From: Laetmonice hystrix
Lineage: Eukaryota
Length of the DNA: 64,000 nt
Direction of reading: 5' to 3'
Assembly: GCA_965235115.1 (NCBI GenBank)
Contig: OZ249436.1
Span: 15,812,001-15,876,000 of the forward strand
The notes under the pieces are model-generated. The model worked only from the letters and a program-made list of their open reading frames with translations, was not told the origin of the DNA and ran no database searches. Of this stretch, positions 27,523 through 41,048 are shown piece after piece. Within the stretch, counting starts at the first letter, position 1, and each line of letters begins with the position of its first letter. The translations under genes were made by a program, and so were the position numbers.

Positions 27523-28249
27523 GTGCGCCCTCTGGCAACGAAAAATGTCTCAACTGCGACAAATGTCCCAACGAGAGATTTTGAGACATTTTTTGTATGT
27601 ATGCTACGAAAAATGTATCAAAAACTCTCGTTGGGACATTTTTCTCAGGCAGTATACGAAAAATACCCCAATTTCCTTAGATATTTTTCGTCCGGCAGTT
27701 GCAACGAAAAATGTCCCAATGATATGTACAGGCTTGTAAAGACATCATGGTCGAGGGATTCGTACAGAAACGCTATGGATTAATAATCTGATCTTATTTG
27801 ACAATGAGGCTATCTCAAATTTCGTTGGCTGATTTACATGGCAATATCTTGTAAACGGCCCAAGATAGTGCATATTTATTTTCAACTTGAATAGAAAGTC
27901 CTATATGATCTTTCATTTGGTACGCTTTATGATGACGTACGGGTTAGGGTTAGGATTAGGGGTAGGGGTAGGGTCCCAACCCTAACCCTAACTAACGCTA
28001 ACCCTATAGGCCTAATGCACTGAATCCAAGTTAAAAGCTTGTAGATATCACTGGGACATTTTTCGTTGCAACTGCCGGACGAAAAATGTCTCGCTTAGGA
28101 AATTGGGACATTTTTCGCAGGTAGTATACGAAAATTGTGCCAACGAGAGATTTTGAGACATTTTCCGTATCATACATACGAAAAATGCCTCAAAATCTGT
28201 GATTGGGAGATCTTTCGCAGTTGAGACATTTTTCGTTGCCACAGCGCTC
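27523..28249. mobile_element. Foldback-type non-autonomous element with ~200-bp inverted arms
   Basis: Arm 27533-27735 is the diverged reverse complement of 28035-28241; arms built of cgaaaaatgtccca/tgggacatttttcg sub-repeats; telomere-like repeats in the spacer. Confidence 0.85.
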
Positions 28250-31200
28250 TTTCGCCGGCGTAAGGAGATACGATTGCACCAGTGCATTGTTGGAAGCCGA
28301 TTTCACTTCACACAATCCCTAACCAGCAGGGTCGTGTAGTCTCCAGAGTACGAGGATGTGCAGTTTGTTGGCCGCGTACCAACGAACTGATGGGGTTCAG
28401 ACAGCTATACCTACACATGGCGAGCAGGCGCAGGTGGATACATGCCTCGATGCCTAGAGGGTCAACCGTTTTCTTCATATTTTCATCGGCTACAGGACGT
28501 TGTCAATCTCAAATAAACCGCAGGATAAAAATTGGACTGTAAAAAATTGTAAAGAAGATCCAGAGAATAACAGATGTACAGACGTCGAGAAAGTGTTGTC
28601 CTTCCTTACTTTACATCAATCAATCAATAAGCATCTGTTTGTGAACAGTATAGTTTTTAGCCGAAAGAACATTAAGTTTAAAATGATCTAGAAGCTATAC
28701 ATATTGTGTTTGGGGAAGTTGAAGAACTACGGGATGCATTAGGCAGCGTGGTTCGGTGAAGATGTTTAAGCACATTGCCACAGACGGACCAGACTTTGAA
28801 ATGTCGCTCGAATGAGAAAACATAAGTTTTTACATCTTGTCGTCACGCCTAAGAAAAGGGTGAAAAATTGGTCGTGCCTCGAACTGAGTGGATGCCCAAT
28901 GGCTGTTTACTGGTAACCTGATTACCTGCCATCATCATCCCACTGCCCACCAACCCAGTGAAGGTGGTCTGGAAAGATGCTGTGATTCACTGATCCAATA
29001 TCGCGAATGACGACATCCAATTTAAGTGTCGCCCATACCGTGGAAAAAGCACCTGCAGATTAGATGACCAATGGAGGAGCTACATCATTAATTTTCCTTG
29101 CCAAAGTGTTCCACGTGGAATGTTCTTGCCTTAATCTAAAAGTTGATAGTGCTCTCAGACTCTCAGACAGGGTCCTGATCTGATATCCTAACAGCGAAGT
29201 AATTATGCTTCCACAGTTTTGGGAAACTAATAAGTTCGACAATTACGTAAATAGCCCAGTTCTGTCTGGTGTTGGTAACGTAAAGGCACAACTGAGCTAA
29301 TGGATCTTCAAACTGAATAAGCTCATTCAACATGAAAGACTTCCTACAGAGCGACATCATGATCTAACACGGATTCCATAATATGTGACACACGACATAA
29401 GTTTGAGATGTAGCGCTCTTTTGTCTGAGCGAAGATTGGTTCATGGTTATTGACAGCAGCTGAGCGAGCAGATATAAATCTACTGCTCCTTAATGTACGA
29501 TCCGACAATACTCCCTTAAACTGCCGCTCCTGGAAGCGTAATTATGATTAGGTTATATATTTTATCTAAGCATGATTAAATTTCATAATACTGTTTCCTG
29601 TTGATTACGATCTAATAACAGACTCGGCTAAGCCTATTGATGTAGTTCCTATCTTTATACGTCAAATCCTGATTTTACTGGAATTTTCTCGACGTTAAAA
29701 GATGCTCGTTCTCTTATTTGATAGTGGCTTAAACCTTGGGGAGTACTAATATAACGAAGGCATATAGATTATTCCGTTTCGATCGAATCGAGACACAATG
29801 AAAAAAAAACCCTCACAAAATGGTTCAGCATGACATATTTCGGGGAAACAGTAAGAGTTGACAGAGTGACGGTTTCTGTGATGAGCGCGCCTGTAAGCAG
29901 TGACCTGGCCGCCCTGGGGTTAAGATATTCTGTCCCTTACTTTTCATTACCATACATTACGTACCCATGCAGACTTTCTTCTTGACGGCTAAGAATATCT
30001 CGTCTTGGCGTGGCACTTAAATTTCGAGGTGGCAGAAACACATCAAGCGAAACTACTTCTATGCCACTGGTCTCCATAAACCACGACTAATTCTGGCGTG
30101 GCTCGCGTGCACGCCACCATCGAATCTTACACGGATTACAACACTCCGATCACGTGACAATCCTCGTCCCATCACGAGGTTTTTAGTCTGACGTTTCCAT
30201 CCTCGTTTCACTTATAGGGAAGAAAATTCAGATGCTCACGAAGTTGGAGTTTAAGAGACGTAATCAGGTGACCATTTCACAGTAAAATGTTGGGTGTTCT
30301 GCCACCATCGCGCGTCAGCCGTCACCAAAGCGTGGACGATGTACAAGAAAAACTGTTGGCGTCACGCAGAGGGCGCATGGGCTGACGTCTCGGCCGACAA
30401 TTCGACGTCCACCACTCCATCATCGGCGTGCCTATTTTAGCCTCGAGTACTACCGTGAAAATAGTTTCATAACTCCATCAAAGGCTTATTATATCATTTA
30501 TAACGTACGTAAATACACATTACCGAGTCACCTCTGGTTCTAAAACTCGTCCAACGGGACCATCAGTCCTGTTCGACTATTCCTGGAGTGACACTTCCAC
30601 AGACATTTTTGTAGTGTTCACAGGCTATAAAATACTAATAATTCGTGACTGTCACTTGCACTAGAATATTAGACTTGCTACAGAGCAAATCTCGGACTAA
30701 GGACGAGGGATTGAAATGTGATAGTTGTTTTATTTGAGTAGAGAAAAAAGCTGGTTATAATGCTGACCAAATGTCCATAATGTTGTTGGCGTTTAAATTC
30801 GAGGACATGTGAAAAGGACAAAAACTGTGAAGTGTTTGACTAGACGTTTTATGAAAACATGGAAAACATGGCACAAAACTCTTACAAAATGCTGACTATT
30901 CATTGTTACTTGGTATATCAGCGATATTTTGCGAAATTCCAGCCGAGCTCTTTAACGTTGGATTCATTAGGACCATACTGGGTGTATTGCTGATAGAATT
31001 CCCCTTCCCCTTCAAGAGGCATCGTTAATGGGCACTCCATTGTCGTTCTGTGTGAGAGTTTTTTATAGACAAATCATCTATGTATATCCTGCCCTCTGCA
31101 GCAGGAGCTTCGATTTTTCTAAAAACGTTTCCCCATCTTTGTCTTTTTATCGGCAAATTGTTTTTTTTTTCTTTCTAAACCATTATCCTCGATGGCAGTT

Positions 31201-32466
31201 GTGCAGACTTTTCTTCTTAACAACGGATCGCACAGACATTCTCGGTACAAGAGGCTAATAAGACATCCGTGCTCGCACAGCGAAAACTGATGAGAAAATG
31301 ACTCTGAGGAAATGATTCTCTAAAAGTATAGCTTATCGGAAGGTCGGTGCGCCTGGGTCGTTAAGATCACCGTGTTCTTTATTAACAAGTCTCGAGGAAA
31401 CGATGCATGGCACCATTCGTCTTCGGGCTGTCTCAGCCCGGCCGTGTGTATCTGCATGCCAGGAACCATACATCCTTTAAGAACAAAACACACTGAAAAC
31501 AGGATTGCAAATGTGAAATCCTTGTGAAGGTAGAAATCATATCTTGAATATTATGTCCGAGCGATCCGTCCATAAATACCTCAAATGAGTTGCATCCTTC
31601 CAACGCAAAATCACACAGACATTGCACGGACAATTGATTAAGTGGGTTTGGCCTTCGATCCAAATGACAAAAGGTATATGGAAAGTAAAACAACGCCGCC
31701 TATAGATACGTTTCCAAAAATCTTTCCATATTCACCAAAAGGCACCAGATATGAAACTGTAAATGGAAGCGAAACAACGTCCTTTCAGTCGATGTAGTAA
31801 CCATTGCATATTTTGCTCCAGTCTTGCCCAACTAGACCGCCTGCATATCGAAGGGCCACTCGAAACCTTACAGGACCTATAACTCGTACGAGGCGTCTCT
31901 ACTGAGTCGGTGCCTCTAGCTCCGTCACGGAAATAAGGGTAATGGGAAACGGACAGGTAAATGAACGGAAATAACACGCTTCTCTTCTGTGACAAATCGA
32001 ATCCTATTTCACTGAGCACAGCAGGGGAAACTAATAAAGTGTCTGATAGCCTCTTCCAGAGTCCTCTGTTCTTCATATTGTTGTACGCAAATGACCCTCG
32101 AAGTGGACTTGGGATACTGTTAATGAAACAGCAGTGCAAATAGATTAGATCATCTTCAATTTCATATGGGCGCGCAACAGCGTGAGGTTGTGGGAAGGGA
32201 AACGGAGTCCAGTGAGCGCGGGGTAGGGTTTCCTTGCGAAATATCCATTTTCCCGCCAGTTCTTCGGCTTATTATGACTTTTCGTACAGATGTGTAGAAA
32301 ACAAACAAACATGTTATGTGGCAAGCCCGTAATATCCATCAAATTATTAAGGGGATAGATAATTTCCATTGAATTATTGAGCGGGCTAGCCGAACAGTCT
32401 AAGGTTTTTCCCAGTAAATAGGCTAATTATTAGGCACCGCTGGAAAAATATGGGGGGCGGGTTTAA

Positions 32467-32992
32467 AGGGAGTCGTAAAATTCATTTTTTCGATTTATGG
32501 CAGTCTTAGAAACATATGATTCGCATACCTTGGACTCCCAGTAACATCATGTGAGACTGTTATGGCCCAGCGACCAGTATTTAGTAAGGAAAATATGCCA
32601 AATCTCTCGCAAATACGTAGCTCAGAATTAGCGAGCGGCCCACAGGATATTTAAGTTGGCCACGGTCGGGCGATGATGACGCGTGATCACGTGACTTCCG
32701 GGTGTGGAAGGGAATCTCCCTCTAGTCTAGCGTTGACCTAAATACCGCATGTACACCTGGAAGTCATGTGATCACGCGTCATCATCGCCCGACCGCGGCC
32801 AACTTAAATATCCTGTGGGCCGCTCGCTAATTCTGAGCTACGTATTTGCGAGAGATTTGGCATATTTTCCTTACTAAATACTGGTCGCTGGGCCATAACA
32901 GTCTCACATGATGTTACTGGGAGTCCACGGTATGCAAATCATAATGTTTCTAAGACTGCCATAAATCGAAAAAATGAATTTTACGACTCCCT
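32467..32992. mobile_element. Palindromic MITE, Kolobok-like (TTAA TSD, AG termini)
   Basis: ttaa|agggagtcgtaaaa ... ttttacgactccct|ttaa; ~240-bp arms (32467-32706, 32753-32992) with few differences; ~46-bp spacer. Confidence 0.9.
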
Positions 32993-33940
32993 TTAAGTCC
33001 CTAACAATTTCAGCATCGTCGCTTCGCTTCCACTGGCATCCAAACACCGGCCTGCTCGGCCCGGTGTCCGGCGCTGGCTGTCGGTCTCGGCCTCTGCCGT
33101 GCCCGTGGGTTAAGGTTATAGGTCGGGATAGGGTTATAGTTATAGTGTGTGTTTTTGCAGCCCTCCCACTGTCACTAGTGTCAGGATTAACCCGTTGCTA
33201 CTATCGTTGGCTTCGACATATTGCTTCGACAACAATAACTTTACTGGGGACCTTCCTATTCGCTAACCAGAAATGCATGCTAATTTTTATGATTCTCGCC
33301 TCAGGCAGTGCTGTATTCTGATTGATGCTAAGACTGCTTCCGGCCTACTTGCTGGTACTGAAAGTAGGTGGAAAACAGATGGCGCTGCGAAGTAGGCGCT
33401 TCTGAGAATAGGCGGGCAGTCGTGGGGGGGGGGGGGGGGGGTCACTGGAAGCGGTTCAACCCCGAGCGTGGGAGGATGTCGTATAATGTAAACAGATGGG
33501 TGTCTTCGCGTTTTATTACTTTAAAGCAATACCCTCAGAAATTGAGTCTGTCGTACAGAATCCAGTTAAATTACCTGGGCCTGCATACCTTTTGTAAGGG
33601 GTGAAGCCGTATCCAACATCTCATCAAAAACCAATCCTTAAATAACTCACCCCAGTTTATATGTATCAGGAGAGGTAATCTTTGCCCGTCCGCGTTGATC
33701 CAGCCGAGTTTGTGTTACTTTTATATACAAGTCGTCATCAGCACGATCATACATCAAAGTAATTGGTAGACAATGTAACGAGTCCGCTGCATGGCGTCAG
33801 TCAGAATCGACGACTTGTTAGCTGATTGTCGCTGATTGGCTGGTCTAAGCAATATCCTAAGTTTTTACGATTTGAGCCCTGAAACAGAAATGAAATAGTG
33901 CTCTTCCCTGACATGTTAGATTTTGGAATAGAGTTCCAGG

Positions 33941-33979
33941 CATTCGGAAAACCTCGGCCCAACTTCCGGTCGCTTCGCT
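33941..33979 (+). repeat. Dispersed repeat, copy 2
   Basis: Identical to 1127-1165. Confidence 0.85.
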
Positions 33980-34936
33980 AGTTGTGGTCTCGGACCTCGC
34001 AAGCCGTCGAGATATGACAGTGATTCCACGGGTTTGGGCACAACACAACTCGCGTAGTGCGCAACGGCGCAAAGTAGTTCATAGACCGTCGGTATTCGGC
34101 CTAACGCGGGATTGTTCATCAGGAAAGATGGATAATTTCCGAAGACTTGCAGTCTCGATCGTTTTTAGCAGACGCGACACATTCAGTTTTGCAGTATTTA
34201 TGAAATCATACTGCCGGTCTCGCTCAGCCTTGGAATATCCATTTTAATACATCGCTGAAACTAGAAGAAAACAACTGGAACATTTGGAAAGTTAACATCG
34301 TTTAACATCGAATAACTAAAAATTGGTTTGGTCTGACTCTTCAGGGTCCAAGTCCTAACGTTACGTATCTGGCGTCTGGAGACACACGATAGCCCATTGA
34401 GAGTCAACTCGTTTGGAACCTTGCCGCAGATTTGAGCGCACCTGACGTGGTACGGATTCTGTTTCTAGAACCCTTTAGAAGAGTAACTGTTGTCCACGGA
34501 TCTTCGAGTTTCACCCTCACCTCTCCCTCGTGGACACCAACCGAGCCGACCTCTTCGTACCGTCAGGTTTTCAAAAGCGTCTGTTTCCAGACTACGCCCG
34601 AACGTGGAGACCCGAGTCTCGCCTTTCCTAGACAGTAGTACAGTGTTACTAATTGCTTACCCTGTTGGTCGGGTACCACAGAACAGGTGTGACAGACACA
34701 GCACAGGGCTTGATCACGATATTAAACTATATCTCAGCGAAATCACAAATCGTAAGGTAGTGCACGTTGTAGGTAAACATTTAAGCATACTTTAAAAATG
34801 CACCTTGTATACATCCAGGCATCAACGACTCATGCCAACGTCCTATAGACGAAGGTGACACCAAGCGTCAATATCCACATTGCAGGTATTGGTGGTATCT
34901 GTGATGGATGCTGCCATATAGGCGCAATCTAGAGGG

Positions 34937-35101
34937 TAATCCGCGGATATGTCCACAAAACGTCAGCTAATTTATGTGTCCGGTAATCCGGACATGTCCG
35001 CAAATGTCAGATAAATATGTCCGGTAATCCGGATATGTCCGCAAATATCAGCTAGATGTGGCCGGTACCGGACACATCTAGCTGATGTTTGCGGACATAT
35101 C
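34937..35101. repeat. Three ~40-bp tandem units followed by an inverted unit
   Basis: gtaatccggatatgtccgcaaat..cagcta units; 35032-35101 is a 70-bp near-palindrome centred on ccggtaccgg. Confidence 0.8.
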
Positions 35102-38100
35102 TCCTATCGGACATAACTAGCCGTTCGGGCGTATCTAGCGGGAACAGGTCGGCACCGAAAGCTCTTCAGTTTAACATAGTCATGGTATACGCTTCAAGAC
35201 TGGTTTTTAATCAATTTGGAGCCGGATATGAGAAGTTTTGTCGGTTATCTGCTGTAAATAAGCAGGTCGGAGGTTTCACGAGTAAAACTAACCGCCTCGG
35301 TATCACTCAGGCCGTTGTTGATTCCAAAATCTAACATGTTACGGCAGAACACTGTTCCCTTCTGCAGTCGGCTTTCAGAACTAAATGTACTGTCACGTAA
35401 AACGACAAGGAGTTGGGCGTGTCTCCTCGAGTAGTAAGCTGTGAAGTGGGGGAGGGGGATTTCTTTCTCTTCGCAGTATGCTGCGCATTCACTCTTCCCT
35501 TCTTTTGTGTCCTACTCTTTCGTATGTAGGCTTTCATTTTCATGATAGATAAGTCAAAATTCAATAGCATTTTGTGTTACTATTTATGCGATCCTTCTTC
35601 TAACTTACAACTTCATTATTAAAGATAATACACATCGCTTTGCGTCTCTTTTCATGCGTGGGTCTTTTGTCGTCCGATTTGCCGAAACTCATTGTGCACA
35701 GTACCGTCGACGCTACATCAATTTACGTTCGGATGGTACGCGCTTCGACTCACGTAGCTCGCGGAACGGGAATTGTTGCACAAAGATAAAAAGGGACATG
35801 GCCCGTAGGGATACAACTAAATGTCTCGCCGAGTAATACATTTCAAAAGCCCATAATAATCTCTGTTATATGGTGGCATTAATAATGTACGTTTTGACCC
35901 GCTGTGTGGCCATGTACGTCATGCAGAGATTGAGCTATCCTGATTGGTGATATGCTATTATAATACATTATGACACAGGGGCGTCGGAACAGGGGAATTG
36001 GGAATCGATCCCATAGTATTTCCACGGGTGCATGAATGGTCGAGCGTTTCCAGGGTAAGGTCAAATCTTCAGTCGACAAAGTCAAACTGGCCAATGTTTC
36101 ATCAGATCAACGATGTCCTCTCAGCTTCTGACGCCCGTCTGATAATTATGTTCGTATTGGGATGGAGGCCTTATGTACAGCGCCGTAATTTTATTTTTGG
36201 CGCTGGTATTCTCAACAGTAATCAACGATAATATTACAATTACTATTCTTGACGTCTCCATAAGTTCGTATACACCAATTCTCGTCATTTATCTTTTTCC
36301 TCTATGGAGCATCCATTATCTCCTGTCCACATGTTAGGAATGTAGGATATGTAATCTGAAATTGGCAAGAAGGCGCCAAAATTAAAATCTGTCATGTATA
36401 CACATCTCATTCATTCAGGCTCAGGATATTCTGATTGACAATCAATATGCGTTTTTCTCGGTTTAGTTTTCCTTTGTCGAACAATCTTCTTTTGCTGTGC
36501 ATTATTAGAAATGCTTTCAGATGCAGTTGGCGTTCACTCGCTCCAATGGTTCTGTGCATCCGGTAGACAATAGAAGTCATATAAACGATGAAGCAACATT
36601 GCAGAATAAATCATGTATGAATGGGGGACATTGCCATGTTATGTACATAGGCTATACAGTGGCATTGTTATACCATTTATCAATAATAAAATAGTGAAGG
36701 ACAAAATGATGTGGCTTACAAATAGGAATATATCAACAGATGCACCGATAAATATGTCTAAAAACAATTTATCTCTAAATCCCTAAACGTAATATTAAAT
36801 GGACTGCTGATACTGACAGCTTATCTTATAGACTATGGATGGTAGCTCTCTAGAGTTTTGAAGGTTGTTTGCTTCTAAAAAAATGAACCCCCCAGCTCGT
36901 ACTAATAATTCTTTAAGGCCGGATGTACAGCGGGATGAATATGTTTTTTACCAACCCCACCCCACCTCTACCCCCATCTATTCCACCCCTAACTTCCGCT
37001 AGTGATGCAGGAACTGCGATTTATAATCGCGTATAGGCGGCCAGTATGTCGCTCTTGTAGCACCTATAATAATGCAGTGGGAAACTTCGCCAATTGGGTT
37101 TGGGAGGCGCTCACGGGCTGGTAAGTCTTAGCAGAGTCAATTTGGTGAGAAAGCACCTGGTTAGCTGACCACGGATACTGCAATGAAATTACCAAATTGC
37201 TTCTAGCGCCTTTTAGGGTTCTGTCCTGGGATATAGATTGTCCCCTTAGGAACACCCAAAACGTTTTAATCGCCCAGACTCCCAAATTATTACACATTGT
37301 TATATCTAAAAAGTACTAATGCACATCAATGGGCTTTGTGGCTATACCGATACTATGTGTATCGATAAATTGTAATTTTGTCCAAAGACTTATAACGAGC
37401 TCGAAAGATTTGTCTTTTCATATGGCTATTATAGGAAACCCCTTGCAATATCAGTAACAATAGGAAACCCCGTGACCGTGACATCATACACATAGTGTCA
37501 CGAAACTATATCAGGTTGGGTTTCAATGACCTACTCTACATGCATTTATAGGTCGTCTTATATAGTAAGGTAAATTGGGAAAAACCTAAAATCGGCATTC
37601 TTAAAACACATTTGTATGGTACTTGGAGTCCTTAAAGGGAACCAATTGCATCTTATGTTAGACAAAAGTCCAACTCTATAAGAAGAATATCTTATCTGTG
37701 ATACGCCGGCCAACACCCAGATAGGTGCAACGGGCTGCAAGGCCGACGTCTACAACATCATGTGCAGGAAAGACAGATACTATCCTTTCCCACAAAGGAA
37801 CAACATAATACGCAAAATATAGACAATATCATCAGGCCTGGTTTTTTTTGGGGGGGGGGGCTAAAGGAAAAGGTTATATATGAAGCCTCATTTCCCAGTC
37901 TATCAAGATTATATCCTTACAAATTTTTCAGAGCCGTTCCAATATTCCAACTCCCATTTCATGGTGACACTCATGGGACACCTTTAGCCTTCAATGGAAG
38001 GCACTCTTTATGGGTAAAACGGAAAGGCAGTCTATTGCGGTCAAAAGAATAGGCCTATTGTCCCGTAGATCTACGCCTACATAATTTAAATTTCTATTGT

Positions 38101-38153
38101 GGTGTCAATTGAGCCATTGTATTCTAACAGTAAATATTGTTATCTCTTTCCAG

Positions 38154-38889
38154 GTACATCGCAATAGTGCATCCCATCAAAGCTCATATATTCTGCAGCC
38201 GGAGGCGCATGCTAGTCGTCATCTGCCTCATCTGGCCCTCTGTCCTGCTGCTCAGCCTTCCCGTTGTGCTTTACAACAGAGTCCTTCCCCCGACACCCAC
38301 AGCGCCTATCGAATTCTGCATGCTCCGATTTCCAGGTGGCCGGGACAGCATCAAATATCTGGTCTTCTTCAAATACGTCGAGTTCGTGCTGTTCTACCTG
38401 ATCCCGATGGTCGTCCAGGTGACGTGTTACGTCGTCATCGGTCGCCATCTTTTTGCTGGGTCGGAACAGCTCCACCGTAAGCAGATTGTCGTAAATCAAG
38501 ATGGCGTCCAGCGGGAGCGAATTTCCGACGCCATTAAACAACGTAAGGGGGTGGTCAAGATGCTGATCGCCAGCGTCATCATTTACTTCATCAGCTACTC
38601 GCCTCACCAGGTGCTCCTCATTTACAACACATTTGCACACGCACCTTTTCATCAGACGTGGGTATTTTTGGTTCTTGTGACAGCCATGGGTTATGTGAAC
38701 TCCGCAGCTAACCCAGTTTTATACTGCATTTTCAGTCAGAACTTTCGACAGAAGTTCAGGCGTATATTTCTGGGCGACTGCTGTCATTCTGACGAGAAAT
38801 CATTCCGAATGCACATGAACTCATCTGAATCGGTGTTGAGCACCCGCTACTCCAGAGTGCCACTGAGAGTCCACGAAACAGAATTATAA
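38154..38889 (+). CDS. Terminal coding exon of a class A (rhodopsin-like) GPCR, peptide/neuropeptide-receptor type; 5' exon(s) not located
   Basis: Acceptor tatctctttccag|G TAC ATC splits the Arg of the [DE]RY motif (phase 2); YIAIVHP, TM4 W..P, ECL2 Cys, TM5 FYLIP..Y, TM6 KMLI..F..SYSP, TM7 NSAANPVLY, helix 8 SQNFRQKF; stop TAA at 38887-38889. Confidence 0.95.
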
Positions 38890-40006
38890 CAAGCTGCAAT
38901 ACTTACCAACGCCTGTCCATTTGGGCCTATTATAATCCACTTAGTCAGTTCTATAGAATTCCGGAATATCATTTTATGCTGCCTGTAAGAAAAGTGTGTG
39001 GATTCCACAAGTGGGGAATTCAGCATTTCGAATGTGATGTAAACTACGAATGTACATGTGTTTAGCCTACGTGTACAAACAAATATATAAGCCTATAGTA
39101 GGCACATAGTAGGCTTGAATAGACGGAACCATTAATAGGCCTGCCATACTTATAGTGGCTATATGTATAGCTGTACCTCCATGCATGCGTTTCATTTCAT
39201 GTGTGATTCTCTTCGAAAGATTTTCGATGTTGTTTTACGAACCAATTTCAGAATATAGATGATTTTAATGTTAAGGTATAGAGCTATAAGTCCGAGTAAT
39301 GTAAAGTTTGTAATTCCAGTGTTAGCATGTAATACTATTTGGCCCCAGGCAGATTAGGCAGATCTATAACAGCCCACGCACGTATAGCCCTCCAGGGCCC
39401 GACGCCTGCCGTCTGAAGGCGCCGTAAGAAGTCTTGGCTCGGCGTCAGGTCATTGCTTGGGTTTGAAGGTCTTTATGTTTTTGTTGTGACTCGGAAGTGA
39501 ATGTATTTTTTATTTATAGGTATGTTATAAAGTGAATGTCGTAAGGTGTGGGGATATGAATGTAGACAGAACCTTGGTGAGGAGCTGATCTAGGCTCAAG
39601 TTAAGCTGGAGTGATATGGAAACGCTACTCTACGGTTTATCATCCCATTGTGAAAACTTAGCTGAAGATTTTAGATGTAACTAAACATGTCGTTTCGCAA
39701 TTTTTAATGATCTGGTATTATGTACATGATGCCTGGTCTCATAATGTATGTGTCTGTATATCTCATGGTACAAATGATAAACTATACGATTGGCAATGGA
39801 TTGTACCAGTACAGATCGCAGTTGTGATTTGTGCCTGTCCAATTCACAACTGCGATATGTTAGAGGAGTTGTCATTTCCTCATGAGATAATATGAAGTGT
39901 GTATCTTCACGTACATAATTATATTAGATATGGTTGGATGTACGATTTAACTGTGCATGAATGTGAATGTGTATAGGCCTATGCATATGAAATATAGGTG
40001 CAATAT

Positions 40007-40007
<1 letters not shown>

Positions 40008-40064
<57 letters not shown>

Positions 40065-40112
40065 GACAGAGACAGAGAGACAGAGTGAGGGAGAGACAGA
40101 GAGAGTGAGACA

Positions 40113-40151
<39 letters not shown>

Positions 40152-40203
40152 TGAGGCAGAGACAGAGACAGACAGAGAGTGTGAGAGAGAGTGAGACAGA
40201 GAC

Positions 40204-40234
<31 letters not shown>

Positions 40235-40242
40235 TAGTGAGG

Positions 40243-40275
<33 letters not shown>

Positions 40276-40310
40276 TGAGACAGAGACAGAGAGAGACAGA
40301 GAGTGAGAGT

Positions 40311-40371
<61 letters not shown>
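40008..40371. repeat. Compound (GA)n/(GACA)n/(GT)n microsatellite
   Basis: Direct reading; explains the poly-SL and poly-ER ORFs. Confidence 0.98.
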
Positions 40372-40373
<2 letters not shown>

Positions 40374-40995
40374 GTAGGGCTCAGTTACGAACCGGCTCAT
40401 TACGAACCGGCTCAACTCCGACTTCATTTTACGAACGCTGCACGGTTTCAATTGGAGCATTAAATCCGTCGCCGATACCCACACCGACATCGGTGGTCTT
40501 AAGTGTTCTCATTGAACCTACAATATGGGGCCTAGTAAAATCAACTTCGGCGTTGAGTTGGAGGCGGTCCGAACACCTGAAACGGAGGCCCAGGTACTGG
40601 TGTGATAATTTATTACATTCCAAAGATAGACGTCTCAGTGATGGCTGATACATACTGCAGCAGCCGAGCTATGCCCGCATGTGGCTATAATCATGTACCT
40701 ACTTTCGGTATCCTGATGAAGTAATATGGAATTAAATGTGGTGACAAATTGATCTTTGAATTATTCATTATTTCAATAGCCAATACCTTAATTTCTCCTG
40801 TTTGGATGTAGTCGTATATATAGGGGTAAAAACATAATTCTATAAAGAACCTATCACTCCATAATATTTCCAATTGTTACAAGTTCATCACATAAGTTTA
40901 GATGGCAAATCTGTCCAAGATTATAGGGTATTCTGTGTAAACAAGTCATACAAACACGTAACAGGATAAGGGTCCGCGAAATTATAGAACTCGAT

Positions 40996-41048
40996 GCCGG
41001 CATGAATACGGCACGACACCAAAGGTGGAGTGCCGTATTCATGCCGGC
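40996..41048. other. Perfect 19-bp-arm hairpin, resembling the central hairpin of non-autonomous Crypton-like elements
   Basis: gccggcatgaatacggcac / gtgccgtattcatgccggc with a 15-nt loop containing cacc-aaa-ggtg; family resemblance is from recall only. Confidence 0.55.

Noticed and set aside
32974..33321. Hydrophobic 115-aa ORF as a possible GPCR 5' exon
   Set aside because: Begins inside the MITE, lacks GN and LAxAD motifs, and has no suitable donor ending in [DE]R
38097..38652. Overlapping ORFs 38097-38480 (+) and 38212-38652 (-), and the ORF-track start at 38137
   Set aside because: Shadow frames of the GPCR exon; the real boundary is the splice acceptor at 38153/38154
39924..40490. 188-aa Ser/Leu ORF and the opposite-strand Glu/Arg ORF
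   Set aside because: Translation of the GA microsatellite
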